DNA of 32,000 bases from Formosa sp. Hel1_33_131 (GCF_001735745.1 NZ_CP017260.1:720001-752000), one strand, 5' to 3'. Shown: positions 1-9,347, counted from the first letter of the stretch. A program made the numbers and translations. The notes: generated by a model not told the origin, from the sequence alone.

Positions 1-946
1 CTTCTTCAAAAGTAACCGAAGGATTCCATCCCAATTCTTTTTGAATTTTAGTCGCATCAATCGCATAGCGTAAATCATGTCCGGGACGGTCTTTTACATA
101 AGAGATGAGTGCTTCACTACTCCCTTTGGTTCTATTTAGTTTTACATCCATTTGCTGACAAAGGAGTTTTACTAAATCAATATTTTTCCATTCATTGAAC
201 CCTCCAATATTGTAAGTTTCATGATTATTACCTTTATGAAATACCAAATCAATGGCCAAGGCATGATCGATGACATACAGCCAATCGCGGGTATAATTCC
301 CATCGCCATACACAGGCAAGGCTTGATTTTGAATGATATTATTTATAAATAAAGGAATCAATTTTTCTGGAAATTGATACGCTCCATAATTGTTAGAACA
401 ATTGGAAATCACATACGGCAATCCGTATGTTTCGCCATAAGCTCTCACAAAATGATCGGAGCTCGCTTTAGATGCCGAATAAGGGGAGTTGGGATCGTAA
501 GCCGTTGACTCTTCAAACAAGCCAGTCGCTCCTAAGCTGCCATAAACCTCATCGGTACTGATGTGATAAAATCGCTTTCCTTCCCAGTTGGATTGCCATA
601 AATTTTTGAACGCATTTAATAAAATCATCGTTCCTAAAATATTTGTTTTGGCAAATGCCAACGGATCTTTTATAGACCGGTCTACATGCGATTCTGCTGC
701 CAAATGAATCACTCCTTGAAATTGATGGGTTTCAAAAAGCGTATTAATGAAATCTTCATCACAAATATCGCCTTTTAAAAAAGTGTAATTGTTTTGGGCT
801 TCAATATCTGCAAGGTTTTCTAAATTCCCTGCGTAGGTTAATGCATCTAAATTAAAAACATGGTAATTCGGATAGGCGGTCACAAATTGTCTTACGACAT
901 GAGAGCCTATAAATCCTGCACCACCTGTGATTAATATCTTTTTCAT
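1..946 (-). CDS. rfbB: dTDP-glucose 4,6-dehydratase; N-terminal ~315 codons, 3' end runs off the left window edge
   Basis: Absent from the ORF track because it has no stop codon in the window. My translation of the minus strand from ATG 946..944 reads MKKILITGGAGFIGSHVVRQF...IHLAAESHVDRSI...YSASKASSDHFVRAYGETYGLPYVISNCSNNYG...VKDRPGHDLRYAID. These are the Rossmann GxxGxxG, YxxxK and PGHD motifs of RmlB/RfbB. The start overlaps the upstream stop (ATGA). Confidence 0.85.
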   Translation of the reverse strand, partial: MKKILITGGAGFIGSHVVRQFVTAYPNYHVFNLDALTYAGNLENLADIEAQNNYTFLKGDICDEDFINTLFETHQFQGVIHLAAESHVDRSIKDPLAFAKTNILGTMILLNAFKNLWQSNWEGKRFYHISTDEVYGSLGATGLFEESTAYDPNSPYSASKASSDHFVRAYGETYGLPYVISNCSNNYGAYQFPEKLIPLFINNIIQNQALPVYGDGNYTRDWLYVIDHALAIDLVFHKGNNHETYNIGGFNEWKNIDLVKLLCQQMDVKLNRTKGSSEALISYVKDRPGHDLRYAIDATKIQKELGWNPSVTFEE

Positions 947-1968
947 TTATTATAATAAGTCTTATACCACTCAACGAAAGCTTCTACGCCAGTTTCTAAG
1001 GGTGTGGAAGGTTGGTAGTCATAGTCGGTTTTTAGATGCTCTACATTTGCCCAGGTCTGATTTACATCCCCCGCTTGCATTGGCATCATTATACGTTCCG
1101 TTGTTTTGCCTGTGCTTTTTTCAATCGCTTCAATAAAATCTAAAAGCTGCACGGGCTGACTGTTACCAATATTATATAATTTGTATAACTCCTTTTCTTT
1201 AAAGCTCTTTAAAAGTGTATTTTCAACCCCTTCAATAATATCATCGATGTATGTGAAATCTCGAGAGAGGTTACCCTCATTAAAAACCTTAATCGGTTGG
1301 TTATTTAAAATGGCTTCTGTGAACAGGAACAAGGCCATATCTGGACGTCCCCAAGGACCATAGACTGTGAAAAATCGCAATCCAATCGTTTCAATGTTGT
1401 AAAGATGGCTGTAGGTATGTGCCATCAACTCATTGGATTTTTTGGTGGCCGCATACAAACTAATTGGCTGATCTACCACAGCAGTTTCTTCAAAAGGAAC
1501 CGCCTCACTATTTCCATACACACTTGAGCTGCTCGCATACACTAAGCGAGGCACTTTATGATGTCGACAACATTCTAAAATATTAAGAAATCCAGATACA
1601 TTACTGTCAATATAGGCTTCTGGATTTTCAATCGAATAACGCACACCTGCTTGAGCTGCCAAGTTACAAACACTCTCAAATTGATAGGTTTTAAATAGCT
1701 TGGGTAAAGCCTTTCGGTCTTCAAGGTTTAAACGAATGAATTGAAATTGATCTCCATAAACAGCGCTTGAAACAACGGTGTCAAAATGCTCAGCATCTGA
1801 CCGATGGATTCCCAATTCTTTGAGTCGACCATATTTCAGTTCGACGTTGTAATAATCATTTATATTATCCAATCCAACCACACGGTGTCCTTGCTTCAGA
1901 AGGCGTTCACAGAGGTGAAATCCAATAAAACCCGCCGCACCAGTAACTAAGATTGTTTGTGAACTCAT
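943..1968 (-). CDS. UDP-glucuronate 4-epimerase-like extended SDR
   Basis: Same frame as track ORF 943..2010. I trimmed the start to ATG 1968..1966 (MSSQTILVTGAAGFIGFH...). The longer form starts at TTG and overlaps ugd by 41 nt, whereas the ATG lies 1 nt after the ugd stop. Motifs YAATKKSNE (YxxxK) and FTVYGPWGRPDMA are typical of UDP-GlcA 4-epimerases. Confidence 0.75.
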   Translation of the reverse strand: MSSQTILVTGAAGFIGFHLCERLLKQGHRVVGLDNINDYYNVELKYGRLKELGIHRSDAEHFDTVVSSAVYGDQFQFIRLNLEDRKALPKLFKTYQFESVCNLAAQAGVRYSIENPEAYIDSNVSGFLNILECCRHHKVPRLVYASSSSVYGNSEAVPFEETAVVDQPISLYAATKKSNELMAHTYSHLYNIETIGLRFFTVYGPWGRPDMALFLFTEAILNNQPIKVFNEGNLSRDFTYIDDIIEGVENTLLKSFKEKELYKLYNIGNSQPVQLLDFIEAIEKSTGKTTERIMMPMQAGDVNQTWANVEHLKTDYDYQPSTPLETGVEAFVEWYKTYYNK

Positions 1969-1969
1969 A

Positions 1970-3361
1970 TTATCTTCCAATTGCTTTGTAAGTGAATCCA
2001 ATTGTTTCAAGCGCTGCTTGGTCTAAAATATTACGACCATCAAAAATAAAAGCTGGTTTGAGCATACCATCGTAAATTTTTTGCCAATCATAGGTTTTAA
2101 ATTCATCCCATTCTGTAATCACCGCCAGTGCATGCGCACCTTCTAAGGCTGTATATGGATTGTTATGAATATCTAAAAACTGACTGTTTTCTGTTTCTGT
2201 TCTGCTGTTTAATCCATTCAAATCAGAATGCATTTGAACTGCAGTTACTTTCGGGTCATAGACTTGTATGTGTGCTTGCTCTTCAATCAGCTTATCGGCA
2301 ATATAAATCGCTGCAGATTCTCTGGTATCATTGGTGTCTTTCTTAAAAGCCCATCCTAAAAACCCGATTTTTTTCCCTGCAACAGTCCCGTATAAAGAGG
2401 TGACTATTTGCTGTGCAAACCGACTGCGTTGATGGTTGTTCATGATGATGACTTGCTCCCAATAATTAGCAGCTTCGTCCAACCCTAAGGATTTACATAT
2501 ATATACTAAATTTAAAATGTCTTTTTGAAAACAAGAGCCTCCAAATCCTACAGAAGCTTTTAAGAATTTCGGACCGATCCGTGAATCCGTTCCAATCGCT
2601 TTGGCAACATCGTCAATATTAGCGCCAGTCGATTCACAAAGTTCCGTCAAAGCATTAATAGAAGAGACACGCTGTGCTAAAAATGCATTTGCCGTCAATT
2701 TTGACAACTCTGAGGACCATAGATTTGTAGTGATAATTTGATTTTTTGGAACCCAAGTCGCATAAATATTTACCAAGGCCTCAATGGCTTTGAGTCCACT
2801 TTCCGTTTGGTCGCCTCCGATCAAAACACGGTCCGGTGCTTCCAAATCTTGAACTGCGGTGCCTTCCGCTAAAAACTCTGGGTTGGAGAGTATTTCAAAA
2901 TTAACCCCCGTTCCTGTATTTTCTAAGATGTCTTTAATCGCCTCGGCTGTTTTTACAGGTAAGGTCGATTTTTCAACAACAATTTTATCAGAGGTTGCTA
3001 TTTTAGCGATTTGACGCGCACAGAGCTCTACATATTGTAAATCTGCTGCCATACCTTTTCCTGCACCATAAGTTTTTGTGGGGGTATTGACCGATATAAA
3101 AATCATATCTGCTTCGTGAATCGCCCCTTCAACATCTGTCGAGAAAAACAAATTTCGACCACGCGCTTCTGCAACTACGGCGTCTAGTCCAGGTTCAAAA
3201 ATAGGAAGTTTGTCTAAATCTTCTGAATTCCAAGCATCAATACGCGCTTGATTCATATCCACTACAATCACTTTTATAGAAGGATTTTTTTGGGCAATGA
3301 CCGACATTGTTGGCCCACCTACATAGCCTGCTCCAATACAACAAATTGTACTTATACTCAT
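1970..3361 (-). CDS. ugd: UDP-glucose 6-dehydrogenase (long, eukaryote-like form, 463 aa)
   Basis: N-terminal [14 protein letters not shown]-binding fold and catalytic-Cys motif [10 protein letters not shown]. Length and overall pattern match UGDH. Confidence 0.9.
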   Translation of the reverse strand: MSISTICCIGAGYVGGPTMSVIAQKNPSIKVIVVDMNQARIDAWNSEDLDKLPIFEPGLDAVVAEARGRNLFFSTDVEGAIHEADMIFISVNTPTKTYGAGKGMAADLQYVELCARQIAKIATSDKIVVEKSTLPVKTAEAIKDILENTGTGVNFEILSNPEFLAEGTAVQDLEAPDRVLIGGDQTESGLKAIEALVNIYATWVPKNQIITTNLWSSELSKLTANAFLAQRVSSINALTELCESTGANIDDVAKAIGTDSRIGPKFLKASVGFGGSCFQKDILNLVYICKSLGLDEAANYWEQVIIMNNHQRSRFAQQIVTSLYGTVAGKKIGFLGWAFKKDTNDTRESAAIYIADKLIEEQAHIQVYDPKVTAVQMHSDLNGLNSRTETENSQFLDIHNNPYTALEGAHALAVITEWDEFKTYDWQKIYDGMLKPAFIFDGRNILDQAALETIGFTYKAIGR

Positions 3362-3367
3362 TTTTGG

Positions 3368-4360
3368 TTAACTTTTAAACTGTTCCCAATACCATTCTAC
3401 AGCGTTTTTAAGTCCGCTTTCGAAGTTATGGGTTGGTTTGTAATTTAATAATTTGACTGCTTTGTCAATGGAGGCCTGAGAGTGAGGAATGTCTCCTAAC
3501 CGGTTTGGACCATGAATCTCTTTAACGTTTGCAATCGCTGGGTCAAATTTAGATAAATATTTTTTTAAACTATGCACAAGTTGGACTAAAGTCGTCCGAT
3601 CGCCCACAGCAGTGTTGTATATTTGATTTAATGCCGACTCTGTTTTGGTTGTTAACGCTAAAAGATTCATTCTTATAACGTTGTCAATATAAGTAAAATC
3701 CCGAGAATTTGAACCATCTCCATTGATGACAGGTGCTTCGTGATTCATCAATTGAATAACAAATTTTGGAATGACCGCCGCATAGGCTCCATTTGGATCT
3801 TGTTTTCTTCCAAAAACATTAAAATACCGCAATCCGATAGTGTCTAAATTAAAACTACTTTTAAAGATGGTTGCATATAATTCGTTGACATACTTCGTAA
3901 TGGCATAGGGCGATAAGGGTGCGCCGATTTCATCTTCTTTTTTGGGAAGTTTGATAGAATCCCCATAAGTAGAACTACTAGCGGCATATACAAAACGTTT
4001 CACTTGTTGATCTCTGGAGGCGATGAGCATATTTAGGAATCCATCAACATTGACGGCATTCGTTGTTATTGGATCTTTGATGGAACGTGGCACAGAACCC
4101 AACGCTGCTTGATGGAGCACACAATCAACTTGATGACAGGCTTTTTGACAGGCTTCTAAATTTCTAATATCTGCTTCTATAAACTGAAAGTTCTTGTGGT
4201 TTAAAAAGGGTTGGATATTGTGCATAAAACCCGTCGCTAAATTATCCAAACAGCGAACTTTTACATCGAGTTTCAATAAGGCTTCACATAAGTTTGATCC
4301 TATAAACCCAGCGCCGCCAGTGACTAAAACCGTTTTATTTTTTAAATTTTTAAACATCAT
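3368..4360 (-). CDS. WbpP/TviC/VipB-type UDP-N-acetylhexosamine(uronate) 4-epimerase
   Basis: 330 aa with VTGGAGFIGSNL, SPYAITKYVNE (YxxxK) and FNVFGRKQDPNGAYAAVIPKF signature. The ATG overlaps the upstream stop (TAATG), indicating an operon with the dehydrogenase. Confidence 0.75.
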   Translation of the reverse strand: MMFKNLKNKTVLVTGGAGFIGSNLCEALLKLDVKVRCLDNLATGFMHNIQPFLNHKNFQFIEADIRNLEACQKACHQVDCVLHQAALGSVPRSIKDPITTNAVNVDGFLNMLIASRDQQVKRFVYAASSSTYGDSIKLPKKEDEIGAPLSPYAITKYVNELYATIFKSSFNLDTIGLRYFNVFGRKQDPNGAYAAVIPKFVIQLMNHEAPVINGDGSNSRDFTYIDNVIRMNLLALTTKTESALNQIYNTAVGDRTTLVQLVHSLKKYLSKFDPAIANVKEIHGPNRLGDIPHSQASIDKAVKLLNYKPTHNFESGLKNAVEWYWEQFKS

Positions 4361-5655
4361 TATAATTTTGCGTCTGCTTTATGCCCTAATACTCCTTTTA
4401 CGTCATACACCACTGATTTCTTTTTCAGTAAAGGTTTCAGATCCAATTGAATAAATTCTTTATGAGATACCGCAAGTACAATGGCATCAAACGGTTCTTT
4501 AGGTATTTGTTGAGTTGAGTCAAGTTGATAAACCTCTTGAACTTCTGATGGAGTCGCCCAAGGATCGTAAATGGTGACATTCATTCCATAATTATGGAGA
4601 TGAGAAATCACATCCACCACTTTTGTATTTCTGACATCAGGACAATTTTCTTTGAACGTAATCCCTAAAATAAGCACTTTTGATCCTTTAATTTTAATGT
4701 CTTTTTTTACTAATAATTTTAAAATCTGTGTGGCAACATGTTCGCCCATAGAGTCGTTTAAGCGACGGCCTGCCAAAATAATTTCGGGATGGTACCCGAC
4801 TTCCTGTGCTTTTTGCGCTAAATAATACGGGTCAACGCCAATACAATGCCCGCCAACCAAACCGGGTTTGAAAGGCAAAAAATTCCATTTGGTACCAGCT
4901 GCTTTTAGAACTGCCTCGGTATCAATATCTAAAAGGTTGAATATTTTTGCCAGTTCATTAACAAATGCGATGTTGATATCACGCTGTGCGTTTTCAATCA
5001 CTTTGGCCGCTTCGGCTACTTTTATACAGGGTGCCATGTGCGTTCCTGCGGTTATAATTGATTGGTATAACTCATCAATCACTATTGCAGATTCTGGCGT
5101 TGAACCTGAAGTTACTTTTAAAATTTTGGTAACAGTTCTCTTTTTATCCCCAGGGTTGATTCGTTCTGGGGAATAGCCTACAAAAAAGTCTGAATTAAAT
5201 TTCAAACCACTTGTTTTTTCTAAGACAGGTACACATTCATCTTCAGTAACACCCGGATAGACGGTGCTTTCATAAATCACTATATCGCCTTTTTTAAGCA
5301 CATTACCCACTGTTTCAGATGCCTTTAGTAAAGGCGTTAAAACGGGGCGGTTATTTTTGTCGGTTGGCGTTGGAACTGTAATAATATAAACATTCGCATC
5401 CGAAATATCCATGCGATCCAAAGAGGGTAAAAACCCAAATGAACGCTTTTGCAAAGCCATTAAATTTGGCACTAAAACCGAAGACAATACCTCAGCATCA
5501 ACCTCTAAAGTAGTATCAATCGCGTTTTTTAATTCTTTGATGCGCCTCATGGTAATATCAAAACCAACGGTTGGATACTTTTTAGCAAATTCGATAGCAA
5601 GTGGGAGGCCGACATAGCCCAGTCCAATGACTGCTATTTTTTTAGGGGAATTCAT
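4360..5655 (-). CDS. TviB/WbpO/VipA-type nucleotide-sugar (UDP-GlcNAc) 6-dehydrogenase
   Basis: 431 aa with VIGLGYVGLPLA NAD fold and catalytic-Cys motif VGGHCIGVDPYY. It is paired with the TviC-like epimerase immediately downstream. Confidence 0.8.
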   Translation of the reverse strand: MNSPKKIAVIGLGYVGLPLAIEFAKKYPTVGFDITMRRIKELKNAIDTTLEVDAEVLSSVLVPNLMALQKRSFGFLPSLDRMDISDANVYIITVPTPTDKNNRPVLTPLLKASETVGNVLKKGDIVIYESTVYPGVTEDECVPVLEKTSGLKFNSDFFVGYSPERINPGDKKRTVTKILKVTSGSTPESAIVIDELYQSIITAGTHMAPCIKVAEAAKVIENAQRDINIAFVNELAKIFNLLDIDTEAVLKAAGTKWNFLPFKPGLVGGHCIGVDPYYLAQKAQEVGYHPEIILAGRRLNDSMGEHVATQILKLLVKKDIKIKGSKVLILGITFKENCPDVRNTKVVDVISHLHNYGMNVTIYDPWATPSEVQEVYQLDSTQQIPKEPFDAIVLAVSHKEFIQLDLKPLLKKKSVVYDVKGVLGHKADAKL

Positions 5656-5682
5656 AGGTTAAATTGTGGGTGATTTAGAATT

Positions 5683-6212
5683 CTAATGGTTTGGGGACGA
5701 TTCAGAATTATTTTTGTCGTATAACTCGATTCCATCGCCCTGAACTGGAGAATTTATATAAAACAATACGGTTCGTTCTATAATGTCTTTTAATTTTCGT
5801 TGCAATTTTTTTAAATAAACAGTGTCAATTTTATCTCCAATTAGAATTATTTCAATGGTTCCCGTATCGTGACCCAAGGCATAATCGCCAATCAAAATAA
5901 TTTTACTGACATCGCCCATTTGGGTTAGAACTGATTCAACAATTTGTTCAAGGCCGAGGTGCTTATGAATGACTTTTTGAAGGACTTTAAAAAGCGTGTG
6001 GTCGGTATTCGCAGAATAAAAGATTTTGTTTTATTTTTCCATTGAATCAAATAGCCCGCATCGGACAAATTATTTAATTCCCTACGGATGGCATTTGTCG
6101 ATTCACCAAACTCAACAGCAAGCCCATTTAAATAACCGCTGTTCGCTGCATTTATAAAAAACTTCACCAACATGCGAAGTCTGGTACGAGATGTAATAAG
6201 TGATTTTAACAC
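5683..6212 (-). pseudogene. Frameshifted wHTH (ArsR-like) regulator with nucleotidyltransferase-like C-terminal half
   Basis: Track ORFs 5925..6212 (GVG-start... i.e. GTG-initiated, MLKSLITSRTRLRMLVKFF...NNLSDAGYLIQWKNK) and 5683..5919 are two halves of one reading frame. Reading the -1 frame from about 6040 gives NKIFYSANTDHTLFKVLQKVIHKHLGLEQIVESVLTQMGDVSKIILIGDY..., which runs continuously into ORF 5683..5919. Adding a single A in the run at 6039..6042 (T4 on the plus strand) restores a ~176-aa protein. Confidence 0.7.
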
Positions 6213-6421
6213 GTTTGAAAAAAGGGACTAATAGTGGGGTGAAATGACCAGATTGTCATTGATTAGCACGGCTTCGCCGCTGTGACTCCCATAGAATTTG
6301 TAACAAAATAGATACTAAATAGAGATGGGGTCTCAGTTATTAATTTCAAGCAATAAATTTACTTGATTATTTTTTTATTTCAAAATAAAATATTAATATT
6401 TTGATATTATCAGGTTAAAAA

Positions 6422-6898
6422 TTATGATAATTGGAATTTAAGCATATAGCCTAATGAGTCTATAACCACACAGCATTGGTTCCCTGAAGTGTACTTTACA
6501 GTCCCTGTAGATTCCGAAATACCAAAGGGTTTTAAATCTATTTTAGTGCCTGGGGCAAATTTTTGAAGCGTGACGGATGAAAATTCTTGATCGGCTACTT
6601 TTCGCAAAACGGCTACTTCATCTTCTCTCACTATTGCGGGTTGTCCTTTCCAGAACAAATACCGTCGGACGTGAGGGATGTCAAACACAATATCTCTTAA
6701 ATTATTAGAAATTTTAACAAGCAACATGGATGGCAAAAGAGGGGTTTTAATTTTCTTTTTACGGTCACTCCACTGACGCAACTCTGTCCGTACAGGGCAG
6801 TATGCTTCAATTCCGATCTCATTTAATCTGGATTCTACTTTTTTTTCGTTTCTTGGCTTTGTCACCAAAACGAACCAATTGTTTTTATTTTCGAGCAT
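6422..6898 (-). CDS. UpxY-family (NusG/RfaH-like) transcription antiterminator
   Basis: 158 aa. NGN-domain start NWFVLVTKPRNEKKVESRLNEIGIEAYCPV and a KOW-like C-terminus. It is the first gene of the minus-strand polysaccharide operon, the canonical Bacteroidota arrangement. Confidence 0.8.
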   Translation of the reverse strand: MLENKNNWFVLVTKPRNEKKVESRLNEIGIEAYCPVRTELRQWSDRKKKIKTPLLPSMLLVKISNNLRDIVFDIPHVRRYLFWKGQPAIVREDEVAVLRKVADQEFSSVTLQKFAPGTKIDLKPFGISESTGTVKYTSGNQCCVVIDSLGYMLKFQLS

Positions 6899-7134
6899 AT
6901 ATTAATCATAAAGAAAAAAGCATTCAGTTGCTTTAAGCTTCACATAATTAATATCTCAAAAAGTGTCATTGGTTAAAAACACTTAGTGTTGAATTGTTGT
7001 GCAATTTATAAAACTTATTTTAAAATCACACAAATTTTTTACTTGAAATATCAAAAAAAATGAAATTACCTTCTTAAAAAAAATAATTCTAAAGTGAAAA
7101 TTTCGTGATAATGAATTCCTAAATTAAAAAAATA

Positions 7135-7142
7135 TATCTTTG
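7135..7142 (+). promoter_or_regulatory. Bacteroidota sigma-A -7 box (TAnnTTTG) for the kinase/nucleotidyltransferase pair
   Basis: TATCTTTG lies 17 nt upstream of ATG 7159 in a 260-bp AT-rich divergent intergenic region. Confidence 0.45.
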
Positions 7143-7158
7143 CACTAAATTACAACAC

Positions 7159-8298
7159 ATGTTAAAAGCCCCATCTCTTAGCAAACAAATGAAAGAACAA
7201 CAGTTACTGTGGTTCAGTTCCTCTAACAGTTATGTTATTGTAGATGAGCACATTAACGAACTTATAAATTTGTTTGTTACAAATACTGAAAAATCCAGTT
7301 TCATCAGCGCTGCTTCTAAAACCATTGGGGTGACCGATTCTCAGTCTGAGATTTTTTATGATGAAATTAATCAACTTTTTTCAACCAATACTTTTGAGAA
7401 TAAAAACACAAGCAAAGACCTTCCTTTTGACGCCTCTTTTAGAGCCTATTCTGAAACTTATATTGTGAATGGCGCAGCCCTACAAGTAAACTATAGCCAC
7501 AAGCGTGTTAAAGAAATTTTACACCCTCAAATAGCACATTTAGTTTCAGAAAAATCTAACAACGTTCCTCAAACTATTTTTGATATTTTCTATGCAAACA
7601 ACACATTGTATTTTTATAAAAACACGGTTTTAATTGATTCCTATGAGGCGAAGAATTATCATGTCCTTCAAGGTAATTTTTGCATGCAATTGTTATGCGT
7701 CCTTCATGGAAAAACTGAAGATGACTGGTTAGGAACCATCCACGCCTCTACGGTTACCAATGACAAAGAAGCCATTTTAGTGATTGGAAAATCTGGAAGG
7801 GGAAAAAGCACCTTTACAGCCCATGCGATGGCCGCAGGGATGAATTTAGTGGCAGATGACTTTTCGCCTATTTTAGCCAAAAACAAACAGGTTTATACAT
7901 ACCCAGCTGCTATTTCTATCAAATCTGGCGCCTTTGAATCGCTTTCAAAAATGATCCCCGGTTTTGACGAATTGCCGCTTATTTTTAAAGGTGAAGAAAA
8001 AGGTTCGGTAAAATTTGTAGTACCCTTTCAAAATAAAAACACAAAACCTCAACAAAGTTATCCCTGTCAAAAAATGGTGAGTATTCACTATAAGCCTGAA
8101 TCAAAAACGGAGCTTAAAGAAATTCCATTTTCTGAAGCCATGGAAATTTTTGTGCCGGATTCATGGATCTCGCCCAAAGAAGTCGATGCTAAAGAATTTA
8201 TGGACTGGATTGAGGGCTTGTCCTTTTATGAATTGACTTACTCCGACACTCCTGAAGCCTTAGAAGTGTTTTCAAAACTTTTTAATTCGCAAGGATGA
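7159..8298 (+). CDS. HprK-related P-loop serine kinase-like protein with possible PqqD/RRE-like N-terminal domain
   Basis: 379 aa. Walker A VIGKSGRGKST followed by GMNLVADDFSPI matches the HprK C-terminal domain pattern (GxSGxGKS...LVADD). Residues ~20-75 (SYVIVDEHINELINLF...IGVTDSQSEIFYDEINQLF) resemble PqqD-family peptide-binding domains, but this is a weak call made by eye. Confidence 0.6.
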   Translation: MLKAPSLSKQMKEQQLLWFSSSNSYVIVDEHINELINLFVTNTEKSSFISAASKTIGVTDSQSEIFYDEINQLFSTNTFENKNTSKDLPFDASFRAYSETYIVNGAALQVNYSHKRVKEILHPQIAHLVSEKSNNVPQTIFDIFYANNTLYFYKNTVLIDSYEAKNYHVLQGNFCMQLLCVLHGKTEDDWLGTIHASTVTNDKEAILVIGKSGRGKSTFTAHAMAAGMNLVADDFSPILAKNKQVYTYPAAISIKSGAFESLSKMIPGFDELPLIFKGEEKGSVKFVVPFQNKNTKPQQSYPCQKMVSIHYKPESKTELKEIPFSEAMEIFVPDSWISPKEVDAKEFMDWIEGLSFYELTYSDTPEALEVFSKLFNSQG

Positions 8299-9347
8299 AA
8301 AAATCCAAAGCGAGTATCGCGAACATCCTAAGTTTTGAGCCGAATGAATCTGAGTTAAGAACGCAGTTAGGTCACAAAAACATGGATTGGGAGTGGTTTG
8401 TAAAAGCAAGTAGCCAACTGGGTGTGATGACAACTGCCTATTGTCGCTTGGAACAAAAAGGACTTCTTGATCTGGTCTCTGAAGATTTGAATGCTTATTT
8501 GAGTGGAATTACAAAAATAAATCGAAATAGAAATCAAACCTTACTCAATCAGGTCAAGGAACTGAGTGCGCTTTTTAATGCACATGGAATTAACCATGTG
8601 TTTACAAAAGGCTGTGCGCTATTGGCATCTGGATATTTTAAGGATTTTGGCGAACGCTTGATCGGAGATATTGATTTGTTGGTTGAGCCCACCAATCTAT
8701 ACAAAGCCGAACAATTGCTTTTAAACCTAGAATATGTTTCTGCGAAGCCGACTCTATTTGGAAAACACAAAAGACACAGACACCTCCCAAGACTGGTGCA
8801 TCCTGATATGTTGGGAGCAGTAGAAATTCACTCTAAATTATTAAGAAAAAACATCCCAAAAGTCTTAAACTCAGAAGAAATTCTGAACGATAGAATTATC
8901 ATCAACCAGATTTATGTTCCTAATGCTGATGCAAATTTAGACATCCTTATTTTAAACGATATGGTCAACGATTTTGGCTATTTGTTAAAATCAACAAATT
9001 TCAAATCTTGCTATGACAGTTTGGTTTTAGAGCAGCAAATAAACCCATCTAAAGACAATCACACGACTTCAAAATACCATCGTGTTTTTTATACTTTGAG
9101 AGATTCCTATTTTGAACCACTCGCAGAAGGTTCCAAAAACATAAATAGTTCTGTGGTTAAAAACTTTTATAAACACCTAAACAAAAACGGGATTGTACGA
9201 CGGATTTATACAGGACTTGTGAAGGTCAATATTGGGCTCATCACCTGTCTAGAAGGTGTGAAGTTATTTGTGAAAAACAAACGTTTCAGAGCAGATGTTT
9301 GGAACCATAAATCCGAAGTCATCAAACTATTTAGGGGTGAAAAATAG
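8295..9347 (+). CDS. Nucleotidyltransferase-family protein (PF14907 / NTP_transf_5-like)
   Basis: 350 aa. GERLIGDIDLLVEP motif (GD.DLLV) and a downstream AVEIHSKL-type segment. ATGA overlap with the kinase gene implies translational coupling. Confidence 0.6.
   Translation: MKKSKASIANILSFEPNESELRTQLGHKNMDWEWFVKASSQLGVMTTAYCRLEQKGLLDLVSEDLNAYLSGITKINRNRNQTLLNQVKELSALFNAHGINHVFTKGCALLASGYFKDFGERLIGDIDLLVEPTNLYKAEQLLLNLEYVSAKPTLFGKHKRHRHLPRLVHPDMLGAVEIHSKLLRKNIPKVLNSEEILNDRIIINQIYVPNADANLDILILNDMVNDFGYLLKSTNFKSCYDSLVLEQQINPSKDNHTTSKYHRVFYTLRDSYFEPLAEGSKNINSSVVKNFYKHLNKNGIVRRIYTGLVKVNIGLITCLEGVKLFVKNKRFRADVWNHKSEVIKLFRGEK

Noticed and set aside
1969-2010. TTG-initiated upstream extensions of the UDP-GlcA epimerase-like gene (1969..2010) and of ftsA (28354..28389).
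   Set aside because: Both extensions overlap the preceding gene. Conserved N-termini begin at in-frame ATGs placed 1-5 nt after the upstream stop codons.
4868-5176. A 102-aa plus-strand ORF inside the TviB-like dehydrogenase gene, together with similar antisense ORFs at 927..1363, 2128..2346, 3248..3448, 4194..4454 and 5411..5617.
   Set aside because: All lie antisense within motif-verified operon genes and have no recognisable features.
6030-6045. Programmed ribosomal frameshift or phase-variable homopolymer at the regulator break.
   Set aside because: The run is only four nucleotides long. There is no slippery heptamer and no downstream stimulatory structure that I could see. A mutation or sequencing error is the simpler explanation.
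6213-7158. Tiny ORFs in the two intergenic regions flanking upxY as candidate RiPP precursors (MTRLSLISTASPL, MGSQLLISSNKFT, MKLPS).
   Set aside because: They are 5-13 codons long with no leader/core organisation and no conserved motif. Their position and strand do not suggest co-transcription with the kinase pair. They are indistinguishable from chance in AT-rich DNA.
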